A stretch of 64,000 nucleotides of DNA from Somniosus microcephalus (taxonomy: Eukaryota), in assembly GCA_052327205.1 (NCBI GenBank), contig CM126217.1:21948001-22012000 (forward strand), given 5' to 3'. The notes under the pieces were generated by a model. It was not told the DNA's origin. It did no database searches and was given only the letters and a program-made list of their open reading frames with translations. The translations under genes and the position numbers were made by a program. This document shows positions 25,326 to 38,664 of this stretch, piece by piece (the stretch's first letter is position 1; the number at the start of each line of letters is the position of its first letter).

Positions 25326-26060
25326 CATATGAATGGGTTACAGGTTACTTATAATGGTCGGGTTGGAGATATAACTAACCCAGTGAGTGTCAACAAAGTA
25401 AAACACAGATGTGATGCTGTGTGATGTACGTTGGATAAATATTGTATCTACCACTGACCGCTTGTATTTTATTTACTATATTCATTTTTAATATAAGATT
25501 ATAATGTAGTTCATTGTTTAGGGATTTAAAGTTTGAGGGGGTCATCTTACTTATAAGTCATTTTGGTGAATGACTAACTCTCGCTGTTCTGCATATTCTG
25601 ACTTTCCGCGCCACTCACCAGTCCCCATCTCAGACTCTCCGTCTCCCAGACCCCGGCTCAGACTCTCCGTCTCCCAGACCCCGGCTCAGACTCTCCGTCT
25701 CCCAGACCCCGGCTCAGACTCTCCGTCTCCCAGACCCCGGCTCAGACTCTCCGTCTCCCAGACCCCGGCTCAGACTCTCCGTCTCCCAGACCCCGTCTCA
25801 GACTCTCCGTCTCCCAGACCCCGGCTCAGACTCTCCGTCTCCCAGACCCCGTCTCAGACTCTCCGTCTCCCAGACCCCGTCTCAGGCTCTCCGTCTCCCA
25901 GACCCCGTCTCAGGCTCTCCGTCTCCCAGACCCCGTCTCAGACTCTCCATCTCCCAGACCCCGTCTCAGACTCTCCGTCTCCCAGACCCCGGCTCAGACT
26001 CTCCGTCTCCCAGACCCCGGCTCAGACTCTCCGTCTCCCAATCCCCGTCTCAGACTCTCG

Positions 26061-26925
26061 GGGCTGGATTTTGCCAGCCGAGACGAGTCGGGGCGGGACT
26101 GCTGGTATCCGGGTTTTAGTCCCGCCCCCAGCGACGTCTGACGAATAGATGCTATTTTCTCTTGACTGGCCTTGTTAAGCACACCCTGCGGGCATGCCAG
26201 CCAATTAAGGGAAAGCCAGTGTCAGATGATGTCAGTGCATGACACTTCATCTGCCGATTTTCTTAAAGGGACAGGCCTTATCATTTTTTGACAGATGAAT
26301 TGTCAGTGTTTGACAGCGTTGAGGTGCTGTCAAACACTGACAATCACTGTCCAAAGTTGAACCCTTGCACCCAGGCTCACCAATGACTCACTCCTTAGGA
26401 GAAAACAGATGGCAGCTGCATGTGAGATTGCAGAAGCCATCTGTCAATTCTCCCGATCAGATGAGACTTCACAGAAACATCAAATCTTGTCACCTGCAGA
26501 TACTTTTGAACAGAATAAAAATATTTCGCACTACATTCTATCACCTGTCATACTTACCTGTGCACAATTGCACCCATCACACTACCTCTGCAACTGTCAT
26601 TTGCACACTTACACTGCAGCAGACTCACAGCTTGCCTCACTGAACCTGGTGGGGTTTCCCGCCGTCGGGAAGACCGCATCAGCAGGCTGAAAATGGGGAA
26701 AAGCCTCTTAACTGCCTGTTAACTACCTGTTAACAGGCAGTTAATTGGCTCTAATCCCCTAAACGCCACTAGGAGATGGGTCCCTGTGCAAGTCGGGGAC
26801 CCGCCACCCGCAAGATGGTTCGGAGGTGGGTTGGGGGCGGGATTGGGACCCGCTCCCAATTTTTCCCACTTTCCCAGCAGTCCTGCCTCCAAACCTGCCT
26901 CCTCAGGGCTGGTAAAATCCTGCCC
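26061..26925. mobile_element. 865-bp MITE with 15-bp TIRs and TCG TSD
   Basis: TIRs GGGCTGGATTTTGCC and GGTAAAATCCTGCCC (13/15). TCG is at 26058-60 and 26926-28. Removing the element and one TCG restores an intact satellite unit. Confidence 0.88.
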
Positions 26926-28208
26926 TCGGTCTCCCAGTCCCCCGTCTCAGACGCTCGGTCTCCCAGTCCCATCTCAGACTCTCGGTCTCCTATCCCCGTC
27001 TCAGACTCTCGGTCTCCTATCCCCGTCTCAGACTCTCGGTCTCCCAGTCCCCCATCTCAGACTCTTGGTCTCCCAGTCCCCTGTCTCAGACTCTCGGTCC
27101 CTCAGTCCCCCGTCTCAGGTTCTCGGTCTCCCATCCCCGTCTCAGGCTCTCGGTCTCCCAGTCCCCCATCTCAGGCTCTCAGTCTCCCAGTCCCCTGTCT
27201 CAGGCTCTCGGTCTCCCAGTCCCCCGTCTCAGGCTCTCAGTCTCCCAGTCCCCTGTCTCAGGCTCTCGGTCTCCCAGTCCCCTGTCTCAGGCTCTCGGTC
27301 TCCCAGTCCCCGTCTCAGACTCTCGGTCTCCCAGTCCCCCATCTCAGACTCTCGGTCTCCCAGTCCCCCATCTCAGACTCTCAGTCTCCCAGTCCCCTGT
27401 CTCAGGCTCTCAGTCTCCCAGTCCCCACCTCAGGCTCTCAGTCTCCCATCCCTGTCTCAGGCTCTCAGTCTCCCAGTCCCCACCTCAGGCTCTCAGTCTC
27501 CCATCCCTGTCTCAGGCTCTCAGTCTCCCAGTCCCCGTCTCAGTCTCTCGGTCTCCCATTCCCCGTCTCAGACTCTCCATCTCCCAGTCCCCGTCTCAGA
27601 CTCTCCATCTCCCAGACCCCGTCTCAGAATCTCCATCTCCCAGACCCCGTCTCAGACTCTCCATCTCCCAGTCCCCGTCTAAGACTCCCCGTCTCAGACT
27701 CTCCGTCTCCCAGTCCCCGTCTCAGACTCTCCATCTCCCAGACCCCGTCTCAGACTCTCCATCTCCCAGACCCCGTCTCAGAATCTCCATCTCACAGTCC
27801 CCGTCTCAGACTCTCCATCTCCCAGTCCCCGTCTCAGACTCTCCATCTCCCAGACCCCGTCTCAGACTCTCCATCTCCCAGTCCCCGTCTAAGACTCCCC
27901 GTCTCAGACTCTCCGTCTCCCAGTCCCCGTCTCAGACTCTCCATCTCCCAGTCCCCGTCTCAGACTCTCCATCTCCCAGTCCCCGTCTAAGACTCCCCGT
28001 CTCAGACTCTCCGTCTCCCAGTCCCCGTCTCAGACTCTCCATCTCCCAGTCCCCGTCTCAGACTCTCCATCTCCCAGTCCCCGTCTCAGACTCTCCATCT
28101 CCCAGTCCCCGTCTCAGACTCTCCATCTCCCAGTCCCCATCTCAGACTCTCCATCGCCCAGACCCTGTCTCAGACTCTCCATCTCCCAGACCCCGTCTCA
28201 GACTCTCG

Positions 28209-28667
28209 GGGCTGGATTTTGCCAGCCGAGACGAGTCGGGGGCGGGACTGCTGGTTTCCAGGTTTTAGTCCCGCCCCCAGTGACGTCTGACGAATAGATG
28301 CTATTTTCTCTTGATTGGCCTTGTTAAGCACACCCTGCGGGCTTGCCAGCCAATGTCAGATGATGTCATTGCATGACACTTCATCTGCCGGTTTTCTTAA
28401 AGGGACAGGCCTCATCAGTTTTTGACAGATGAATTGTCAGTGTTTGACAGCGTTGAGGTGCTGTCAAACACTGACAATCACTGTCCAAAGTTGAGCCCTT
28501 GCACCCAGGCTCACCAATGACTCTCTCCTTAGGAGAAAACAGATGGCAGCTGCATGTGAGATTGCAGAAGCCATCTGTCATTTCTCCCGATCAGATGAGA
28601 CTTCACAGAAACATCAAATCAGTCCTGCCTCCAAACCCGCCTCCTCAGGGCTGGTAAAATCCTGCCC
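28209..28667. mobile_element. Internally deleted duplicate (459 bp) of the 26061 MITE
   Basis: Same TIRs, TSD and insertion register. It lacks the equivalent of 26487-26878 and a ~15-bp segment near 26205. Confidence 0.9.
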
Positions 28668-31600
28668 TCGGTCTCCCAGTCCCCCGTCTCAGACGCTCGG
28701 TCTCCCAGTCCCATCTCAGACTCTTGGTCTCCTATCCCCGTCTCAGACTCTCGGTCTCCCAGTCCCCCATCTCAGACTCTTGGTCTCCCAGTCCCCTGTC
28801 TCAGACTCTCGGTCCCCCAGTCCCCCGTCTCAGGTTCTCGGTCTCCCATCCCCGTCTCAGGCTCTCAGTCTCCCATCCCCATCTCAGGCTCTCAGTCTCC
28901 CATCCCCGTCTCAGGCTCTCAGTCTCCCATCCCTGTCTCAGGCTTTCAGTCTCCCAGTCCCCACCTCAGGCTCTCGGTCTCCTATCCCCGTCTCAGTCTC
29001 TCGGTCTCCCATTCCCGTCTCAGGCTCTCGTTCTCCCAGTCCCCACCTCAGGCTCTCGGTCTCACATCCCTGTCTCAGGCTCTCAGTCTCCCAGTCCCCA
29101 TCTCAGTCTCTCGGTCTCCCATTCCCGTCTCAGGCTCTCGGTCTCCCATCCCCATCTCAGGCTCTCAGTCTCCTATCCCCGTCTCAGACTCTTGGTCTCC
29201 CAGTCCCCTGTCTCAGGCTCTCGGTCTCCCAGTCCCCTGTCTCAGGCTCTCGGTCTCCCAGTCCCCCATCTCAGACTCTCGGTCTCCCAGTCCCCCGTCT
29301 CAGGTTCTCGGTCTCCCAGTCCCCCGTCTCAGGCTCTCAGTCTCCCATCCCTGTCTCAGGCTCTCCATCTCCCAGTCCCCGTCTCAGTCTCTCGGTCTCC
29401 CATTCCCGTCTCAGGCTCTCGGTCTCCCAGTCCCCTGTCTCAGGCTCTCGGTCTCCCAGTCCCCACCTCAGGCTCTCGGTCTCCCATCCCCGTCTCAGGC
29501 TCTCGGTCTCCCAGTCCCCATTTCAGGCTCTCGGTCTCCCAGTCCCCTGTCTCAGGCTCTCGGTCTCCCAGTCCCCTGTCTCAGGCTCTCGGTCTCCCAG
29601 TCCCCTGTCTCAGGCTCTCGGTCTCCCAGTCCCCTGTCTCAGGCTCTCGGTCTCCCTGTCCCCTGTCTCAGGCTCTCGGTCTCCCAGTCCCGGCCTCAGG
29701 CTCTCGGTCTCCCAGTCCCCCGTCTCAGGCTCTCGGGCTACCATCCCCGTCTCAGGCTCTCGGTCTCCCAGTCCCCTGTCTCAGGCTCTCGGTCTCCCAG
29801 TCCCCTGTCTCAGGCTCTCAGTCTCCCATCCCTGTCTCAGGCTCTCGGTCTCCCAGTCCCCTGTCTCAGGCTCTTGGTCTCCCATCCCTGTGTCAGGCTC
29901 TCAGTCTCCCAGTCCCCTGTCTCAGGCTCTCAGTCTCCAAGTCCCCCATCTCAGGCTCTCGGTCTCCCAGTCCCCTGTCTCAGGCTCTCGGTCTCCCAGT
30001 CCCCCGTCTCAGGCTCTCGGTCTCCCAGTCCCCTGTCTCAGGCTCTCGGTCTCCCAGTCCCCATGTCTCAGGCTCTCGGTCTCCCATCCCTGTCTCAGGC
30101 TCTCGGTCTCCCAGTCCCCTGTCTCAGGCTCTCGGTCTCCCAGTCCCCTGTCTCAGGCTCTCAGTCTCCCATCCCTGTCTCAGGCTCTCGGTCTCCCAGT
30201 CCCCTGTCTCAGGCTCTCGGTCTCCCAGTCCCCTGTCTCAGGCTCTCGGTCTCCCATCCCTGTGTCAGGCTCTCGGTCTCCCAGTCCCCTGTCTCGGGCT
30301 CTCGGTCTCCAAGTCCCCCGTCTCAGGCTCTCGGTCTCCCATCCCCGTCTCAGGCTGTCGGTCTCCCAGTCCCCTGTCTCAGGCTCTCGGTCTCCCAGTC
30401 CCCTGTCTCAGGCTCTCGGTCTCCCAGTCCCCTGTCTCAGGCTCTCGGTCTCCCAGTCCCCGCCTCAGGCTCTTGGTCTCCCAGTCCCCCGTCTCAGGCT
30501 CTCGGTCTCCCAGTCCCCCGTCTCAGGCTCTCGGTCTCCCAGTCCCCCGTCTCAGGCTCTCGGTCTCCCAGTCCCCTGTCTCAGGCTCTCGGTCTCCCAG
30601 TCCCCTGTCTCAGGCTCTCAGTCTCCCATCCCTGTCTCAGGCTCTCGGTCTCCCAGTCCCCTGTCTCAGGCTCTCGGTCTCCCATCCCTGTGTCAGGCTC
30701 TCGGTCTCCCATCCCTGTCTCAGGCTCTCGGTCTCCCATCCCTGTCTCAGGCTCTCGGTCTCCCAGTCCCCTGTCTCAGGCTCTCGGTCTCCCATCCCTG
30801 TGTCAGGCTCTCGGTCTCCCAGTCCCCTGTCTCAGGCTCTCGGTCTCCCAGTCCCCTGTCTCAGGCTCTCGGTCTCCCAGTCCCCTGTCTCAGGCTCTCG
30901 GTCTCCCAGTCCCCTGTCTCAGGCTCTCGGTCTCCCAGTCCCCTGTCTCAGGCTCTCGGTCTCCCATCCCTGTCTCAGGCTCTCGGTCTCCCAGTCCCCT
31001 GTCTCAGGCTCTCGGTCTCCCATCCCTGTGTCAGGCTCTCGGTCTCCCAGTCCCCTGTCTCAGGCTCTCGGTCTCCCAGTCCCCTGTCTCAGGCTCTCGG
31101 TCTCCCAGTCCCCCGTCTCAGGCTCTCGGTCTCCCAGTCCCCTGTCTCAGGCTCTCGGTCTCCCAGTCCCCCGTCTCAGGCTCTCGGTCTCCCAGTCCCC
31201 CGTCTCAGGCTCTCGGTCTCCCATCCCTGTCTCAGGCTCTCGGTCTCCCAGTCCCCTGTCTCAGGCTCTCGGTCTCCCATCCCTGTGTCAGGCTCTCGGT
31301 CTCCCAGTCCCCTGTCTCAGGCTCTCGGTCTCCCAGTCCCCTGTCTCAGGCTCTCGGTCTCCCAGTCCCCTGTCTCAGGCTCTCGGTCTCCCAGTCCCCT
31401 GTCTCAGGCTCTCGGTCTCCCAGTCCCCTGTCTCAGGCTCTCGGTCTCCCAGTCCCCTGTCTCAGGCTCTCGGTCTCCCATCCCTGTGTCAGGCTCTCGG
31501 TCTCCCAGTCCCCTGTCTCAGGCTCTCGGTCTCCCAGTCCCCTGTCTCAGGCTCTCGGTCTCCCAGTCCCCTGTCGCAGGCTCTCGGTCTCCCAGTCCCC

Positions 31601-34600
31601 TGTCTCAGGCTCTCGGACTCCCAGTCCCCTGTCTCAGGCTCTCGGTCTCCCAGTCCCCTGTCTCAGGCTCTCGGTCTCCCAGTCCCCTGTCTCAGGCTCT
31701 CGGGCTACCATTCCCCGCTCTCAGCCTTGCTGCCTCTCACTCCCCTCTGTCAGGGCAGGTTGGGGGGGGGGGAATGTTGACTGCCCCAAATGCTAGAAAA
31801 CTCAACTGGATGAAATTGTAGATTGGTGCAAGATATATCTAATGTAGCACATTCAAACTTCAAGTGTTCCCTTTACAGGTGGCAGGAATTCACACTGGTA
31901 ATATATTATCTTAAAGCCAACCTTTATATAGCTTTAAAATGCACAGTCAAATATCCTGGGATGCAAAGACATTAATTCTCAGTGCAGTTGAATTTCAAAA
32001 TGCTCCGTCTCATGATCTCTCGGACATGTGCTTTCCCTTGTGGTCATTTCCAGAATCATGTCTTTTCTACCTGTTAAATGATTGAAGTTTTCTTAATTAA
32101 GAACCAACAGGGCCCCAGTTGTGTGAGATATATATATAATGACTACAGTACCGAGCTGGGTAATAGAGACAGCATTGACTCTGGCCTCAGCTCCTGCCGG
32201 TCATACTGCACCGCTTTATCTGAGGACAGTGTCCAAGAGTGCCAGTCAAGGTGTTCCCCTTGGGCCCACCTCATACTTCATCTGTAAAGCTGGGGTGCTC
32301 TAACTTCTCCAGATACACCGCTTGATGCCACAGACATTTTAATTCAGCTGCCTGTTCTTCCCTTTAAATGGCCGCAGCAGCAGTGTAAATGTTTCCCCAT
32401 TGGTGCTCGCTCCCAGCTTGCAATGATTAGTTAATAAGGGGCAAACCTGCAAGTTCTGGTGGGTGTGACCGCACGCTGTTCATTATTCCCCCCCTGGAGG
32501 TGTGCATAACAGAAGATCTACCCTTATGTGATGTGAAACACAAATTAGATAGACCTGTTTCAGAAAATAACATTTTGGGATACGGGTATATGAGTAATTG
32601 GCGACATGGTGTGGTAAGTGTAGCGGGCTGGGGAGGAAAAAGTTGACTTTGGACTTATGATCCCTGAAGCTCTTCATCACTGGGGTTTTCCTCGTGTCAT
32701 GCCTGGGTCTGTTGTAGACTAATTAATAGAGATTGATTGCTATGATTAGTCAACAACTCCATTATGCGACTACCAGGATGGTAGAAGGTGTTTTTCGTCT
32801 AGCGATTCCTCTGGTCCTATGAATTAGATGAACAAAACACCGTGCTTGGACAGCTGACACACAGCGCTAAAATAAGCCAGCATTGTTGTAAAGGATGTAG
32901 TGTAATGTAGCAACGTGCTGTGCCAGTGGATTTGTGCCTGTGATTATCAGAACTTTTGATGTCAAGAAAATGTTAGGAGTGGGCTTTACGAGATAGATTG
33001 AGGCCGATCACAAACCCATTAAAAAAAAAAGATATGGAGCTCTTTTTTGGGGGAGGGATGCACCGAAATCCGTGATCATTTTAAGCCAAAAAATGAGTGC
33101 GTCTCAGTCCAACTGACTGACACTTAATCGGCCAAATGATTCTTTATGCAGCAGATACCTAATTGTGGTCATGATGTTGGGATGAGGTGCCAAGCAGCAT
33201 CTGACACTTGTATCCTGTTCCCCCCACCCTGGCTGCTTTCATTCATCTCTGTATGGATTTGGACAGAATAATGTTTTTTGAGCCTGCTGTCTGGAAGTTT
33301 CCAGGAAGTAAACTGCACATCAAAAATCTAATTTCTTTTTTAAATAAACATTTAGTTTTCCACTAATTGTGTGTCGCGTGATGTGGAGGCTTTGAGGCTA
33401 TTGTAGGGCTTGCCAAGAATTTTCATCAGCAGCAAAGGAAACATCAAAATGTCAAGCCTTGTCCCAAACTATACTGCACCCTTATCCAGTACTGCAAAAT
33501 ATGGCAACCCTAGCTCTGTGTATGTGTGAAGTACGCCCCTGGGACTCTCCTGGTAGCTATCATTCACAGTCCACTCTTTCGCCCTTCCATTTGGAGTTAT
33601 AATCAACTTGCTTGTTTGTTGTTTAGATATCTGTATAGCCAACCCCTGTTTTGACAACTTCTAGCCTCCTTGGGGTGGTAAGTGGGAATTGTTTGGGTTG
33701 AGATGGCTACAAGCTGAAATTGTCTGACAATGGGCGATTGAAAGTGAGTTGTGTGGCAGACTGAGGTAATTCAATCCAGGTTTGTCCGCAGTTCCCCAGG
33801 CACTGTCAGTTGACCAGCCAGCTTGGCTCATTAATGGGACTATGAGGGGTAGATCAGTCACTGGGGGCTGGGGCTCTTCCGACTGGGCTCCAAATAACCC
33901 TCAAAGCCATAACCTAATAAGTAGATGGACCTAGTCGGAAAAGCAGTGGGAATGTAAGCAGTGGGAAGGTTACCAGTGCTCTCTACTGGTAAGCTGTGCA
34001 ATGTTAAACCCCTGTCGTACCCATGCATATATTTGGTGTTCCTTCAACCTTAACTGTTGACAGCCTGCGCCGAAGCTCTCTGGATTTAGATAAGTGGGGT
34101 GTGTCTCGCAGGCATTGTGGGTGCTGGACGAACATAAAATCTACTTGTGGATTTCTCATAAGTTTGGCTTGAAGATTCATAAGCATAGGTTGTTATCTGT
34201 GTCAGGTACCCATCCAATCCCTCAAAAATCCAAAAAATACCCAGAATCCCAGAAATATGCTCTTGCATAAATCCCATATGGTTTTCCGAGCAATATTGTG
34301 TGTTCCGTGATGTTGTGCATTTTTTAGTAGAATTTCTGTTAATACCGTCCATTTAGTGACATGCTGAGGTCACTGATGACATCTGTGTGCATCCGTAGAC
34401 TTGATATTTGGTGGAAGAAACAAATTCTTTGCAGTTTTGCGGGGTCCTGGACCATTTTTAGGTACTGCAGGAGGTGTGTACTGTTTATACAGCAGTAAAC
34501 ATCAGGTTTTAATTCCTTAGTTGGGTATGGAGCAAGGACAGTAGTGTGCTGATACAGTTTCCATACTGACAATACTGACAGTCCCTCGAAGACTGAGGAC

Positions 34601-34995
34601 ACGAATCAATGGCTGAATCAGGGCATACACACTAAGACATTCTTTACTAAAAGCAAGCTCACAATTGCCCCCACCTCCCCTGCTCACCGCCGTGTGTAAA
34701 CTCCAACAATTTCTATTATCTCATCATTACAGTGGCAGGTAAGTGGCTGGAGCTACATCAATAAACATAATTTCTTCACTTAATTAAAAAAAAACTATCA
34801 CAGCTTTAAGCAAGAGACCAACAGTGAACCCCATAAAAGTGGTGCCTATGAACTGTGTAAATCATTTTGTGTTGTCACTTAGGTTGACTGTTCCTTGCTT
34901 GTTTTATTGCTTTTTGACAGTGCTCAATAAAAACCCTTTTGTTTTGCTGATTTTTCTCCAAATTCACCGAGTTCTTTTTGAGGTCCAATTTTGTT

Positions 34996-35221
34996 CACAG
35001 AATCACAGAATCACAGAATCCCCACAGTGCAGATAGAGGCCATTTCGGCCCATCGAGCCTGCACCGACACATATCCCACCCTATCCCCGTAACCCCACGT
35101 ATTTAATCCCCTAACACTAAGGGTCAATTTATCATAGCCAAATCAACCTAACCCGCACATCTTTGGACTGTGGGAGGAAACCGGAGCACCCGGAGGAAAC
35201 CCACGCAAACACGGGGAGAAT
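34996..35221 (-). mobile_element. HE1-type V-SINE, 5'-truncated
   Basis: Reverse complement of most of 7253-7514, with a (CACAGAAT)n tail. Confidence 0.9.
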
Positions 35222-35744
35222 TTTTAAAAACTGAAAATAAACCCTGCAACAAAATAAAAATTGGGGTTTTAAATCGGCAAGAAAAGCTGACTGCCGTATT
35301 CTGTATTCATAATTAGGCAAATGTGTGAGAAAACTTAGCATGAAATTAAGTTGATGATCTGAATGGTTTTGCTCATCAGTGAATTTAATGAAAGCACAGG
35401 GATTAAAATATTGTCGACACTCGCACACTCGCAGCTTGAAATTACACTGTAGAATTATAGACACAAAGGCTAAGCACATTCATCTTGCTACTATATTTAG
35501 CAGAGCCTCACTTGTTAAACTGCAGAATGTCCTCACTGTAATGGACAGGAATTTCAGATGAACATATTAAGCATTTATACCTATTATATTATCCAACAGT
35601 GTAATTTCAAGGCCCTAAATCTTTGGCCTGTTTTGCTTTTAAGCAAACAATTAGTTGCTATAATTACTGTATCAGGGATCGGCTGCAATGGGAGAATTAA
35701 TGTACTAGAGTGATCAACTTTGATGGGGGAATGTACTGTCAGAA

Positions 35745-38476
35745 TGGCCTTCCATAGGAGAGTTGGTGCACTGTAGGGATGGGCTTCGATGGGAGAGTTG
35801 ATGCACTGCAGAGATGGATTTCGATGGGAGAGTTGACGCACTGTAGGAATGGGCTTTGATGGGAGAGTTGATTCACTGTAGGGATGAGCTTCGATGGGAG
35901 AGTTGATGCACTGTTGGGATGGGCTTCGATGGGAGAGTTGATGCACTGTAGACATGGGCTTCGATGGGAGAGTTGATGCACTGTAGCGATGGGCTTCGAT
36001 GGGAGAGTTGATGCACTGTAGCGATGGGCTTTGATGGGAGAGTTGATGTACTGTAGGGATGGGCTTCGATGGGAGAGTTGATGCACTGTAGACATGGGCT
36101 TCGATGGGAGAGTTGATGTACTGTAGCGATGGGCTTTGATGGGAGAGTTGATGCGCTGTAGGGATGGGCTTCGATGGGAGAGTTGATGTACTGTAGCGAT
36201 GGGCTTTGATGGGAGAGTTGATGCACTGTAGGGATGGGCTTCGATGGGAGAGTTGATGCACTGTAGACATGGGCTTCGATGGGAGAGTCCATGCACTGTA
36301 GGGATGGGCTTCGATGGGAGAGTTGATGCACTGTAGACATGGGCTTCGATGGGAGAGTTGATGCACTGTAGACATGGGCTTCGATGGGAGAGTTGATGCA
36401 CTGTAGGGATGGGCATCGATGGGAGAGTTGATGCACTGTAGACGTGGGCTTCGATGGGAGAGTTGATGCACTGTAGGGATGGGCTTCGATGGGAGAGTTG
36501 ATGCACTGTAGACATGGGCTTCGATGGGAGAGTTGATTCACTGTAGGGATGGGCTTCGATGGGAGAGTTGCTGCACTGTAGACATGGGCTTCGATGGGAG
36601 AGTTGATTCACTGTAGGGATGGGCTTCGATGGGAGAGTTGCTGCACTGTAGGGATGGGCTTCGATGGGAGAGTTGATGCACTGTAGGGATGGGCTTCGAT
36701 GGGAGTGTTGATGCACTGTAGACATGGGCTTCGATGGGAGAGTTGATGCACTGTAGCGATGGGCTTCGATGAGAGAGTTGATGCACTGTAGACATGGGCT
36801 TCGATGGGAGAGTCCATGCACTGTAGGGATGGGCTTCGATGAGAGAGTTGATTCACTGTAGGGATGGGCTTCGATGGGAGAGCTGCTGCACTGTAGACAT
36901 GGGCTTCGATGGGAGAGTTGATGCACTGTAGACATGGGCTTCAATGGGAGAGTCCATGCACTGTAGACATGGGCTTCGATGGGAGAGTTGATGCACTGTA
37001 GACATGAGCTTCGATGGGAGAGTTGATGCACTGTAGGGATGGGCTTCGATGAGAGAGTTGATGCACTGTAGGGATGGGCTTTGATGAGAGAGTTGATGCA
37101 CTGTAGACATGGGCTTCGATGGGAGAGTCCATGCACTGTAGACATGGGCTTCGATGGGAGAGTTGATGCACTGTAGACATGGGCTTCGATGGGAGAGTTG
37201 ATGCACTGTAGGGATGGGCTTTGATGGGAGAGTTGATGCACTGTAGACATGGGCTTCGATGGGAGAGTTGATGCACTGTAGACATGGGCTTCGATGGGCG
37301 AGTTGATGTACTGTAGGGATGGGCTTCGATGGGAGAGTTGATGTACTGTAGGGATGGGCTTCGATGGGAGAGTTGATGCACTGTAGACATGGGCTTCGAT
37401 GGGAGAGTTGATGCACTGTAGGGATGGGCTTCAATGGGAGAGTTGATGCACTGTAGGGATGGGCTTCGATGGGAGAGTTGATGCACTGTAGACATGGGCT
37501 TCGATGGGAGAGTTGATGCACTGTAGGGATGGGCTTCGATGGGAGAGTTGATGCACTGTAGGGATGGGCATCGATGGGAGAGTTGATGCACTGTAGACAT
37601 GGGCTTCGATGGGAGAGTCCATGCACTGTAGACATGGGCTTTGATGAGAGAGTTGATGCACTGTAGGCATGGGCTTCGATGGGAGAGTCCATGCACTGTA
37701 GGGATGGGCTTCGATGAGAGAGTTGATTCACTGTAGGGATGGGCTTCGATGGGAGAGTTGCTGCACTGTAGACATGGGCTTCGATGGGAGAGTTGATGCA
37801 CTGTAGGGATGGGCTTCGATGGGAGAGTTGACGCACTGTAGGGATGGGCTTCGATGGGAGAGTTGATGCACTGTAGGGATGGGCTTCGATGGGAGAGTTG
37901 ATGCACTGTAGGGATGGGCTTCGATGAGAGAGTTGATGCACTGTAGGGATGGGCTTCGATGAGAGAGTTGATGCACTGTAGCGATGGGCTTCGATGGGAG
38001 AGTTGATGCACTGTAGACATGGGCTTCGATGGGAGAGTTGATGCACTGTAGGGATGGGCTTTGATGAGAGAGTTGATGCACTGTAGACATGGGCTTCGAT
38101 GGGAGAGTCCATGCACTGTAGACATGGGCTTCGATGGGAGAGTTGATGCACTGTAGACATGGGCTTCGATGGGAGAGTTGATGCACTGTAGGGATGGGCT
38201 TCGATGGGAGAGTTGATGCACTGTAGACATGGGCTTCGATGGGAGAGTTGAAGCACTGTAGACATGGGCTTCGATGGGAGAGTCCATGCACTGTAGAGAT
38301 GGGCTTCGATGGGAGAGTTGAAGCACTGTAGACATGGGCTTCGATGGGAGAGTTGATGCACTGTAGGGATGGGCTTCGATGGGAGAGTTGATTCACTGTA
38401 GGGATGGGCTTCGATGGGAGAGTTGATGCACTGTAGGGATGGGCTTCGATGGGAGAGTTGATGCACTGTAGGGATA
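35745..38476. repeat. 35-bp minisatellite, about 78 copies
   Basis: Unit GGGCTTCGATGGGAGAGTTGATGCACTGTA(GGGAT/GACAT/GCGAT), with degenerate copies at both edges. Confidence 0.97.
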
Positions 38477-38664
38477 GGTTATGATGCGAAAATTTACTTT
38501 CTAGAGAGTGATTAGAGTTGATGTGCCGAATTGCCTTTTATCATTGTGACTTTTCCTAGAATCCGCTGTTATTTAGAGTAACTTGTGTCATGAGAACATT
38601 TGTAAACTGGTGAAATTGGCCTGTGATGAAATTTGAGTTTACTTTATGCTCTGTTATTTTACAG

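Larger units (their letters stand above)
25618..31727. repeat. ~27-29-bp C/T-rich satellite array, interrupted by two MITE copies
   Basis: Units CTCAGACTCTCCGTCTCCCAGACCCCGG (28 bp) and GTCTCAGGCTCTCGGTCTCCCAGTCCCCT (29 bp), plus shorter CCCATCCC variants. Confidence 0.97.

Noticed and set aside
25570-31821. ORFs up to 1092 aa rich in S/P/L
   Set aside because: The satellite unit has no stop codon on the + strand, all three frames are open and cycle through the same peptides, so these are artefacts.
35584-38466. Long minus-strand ORFs, or a CRISPR-like array
   Set aside because: Head-to-tail 35-bp units with no unique spacers and no cas genes, in a eukaryotic context. The ORFs occur in all frames.
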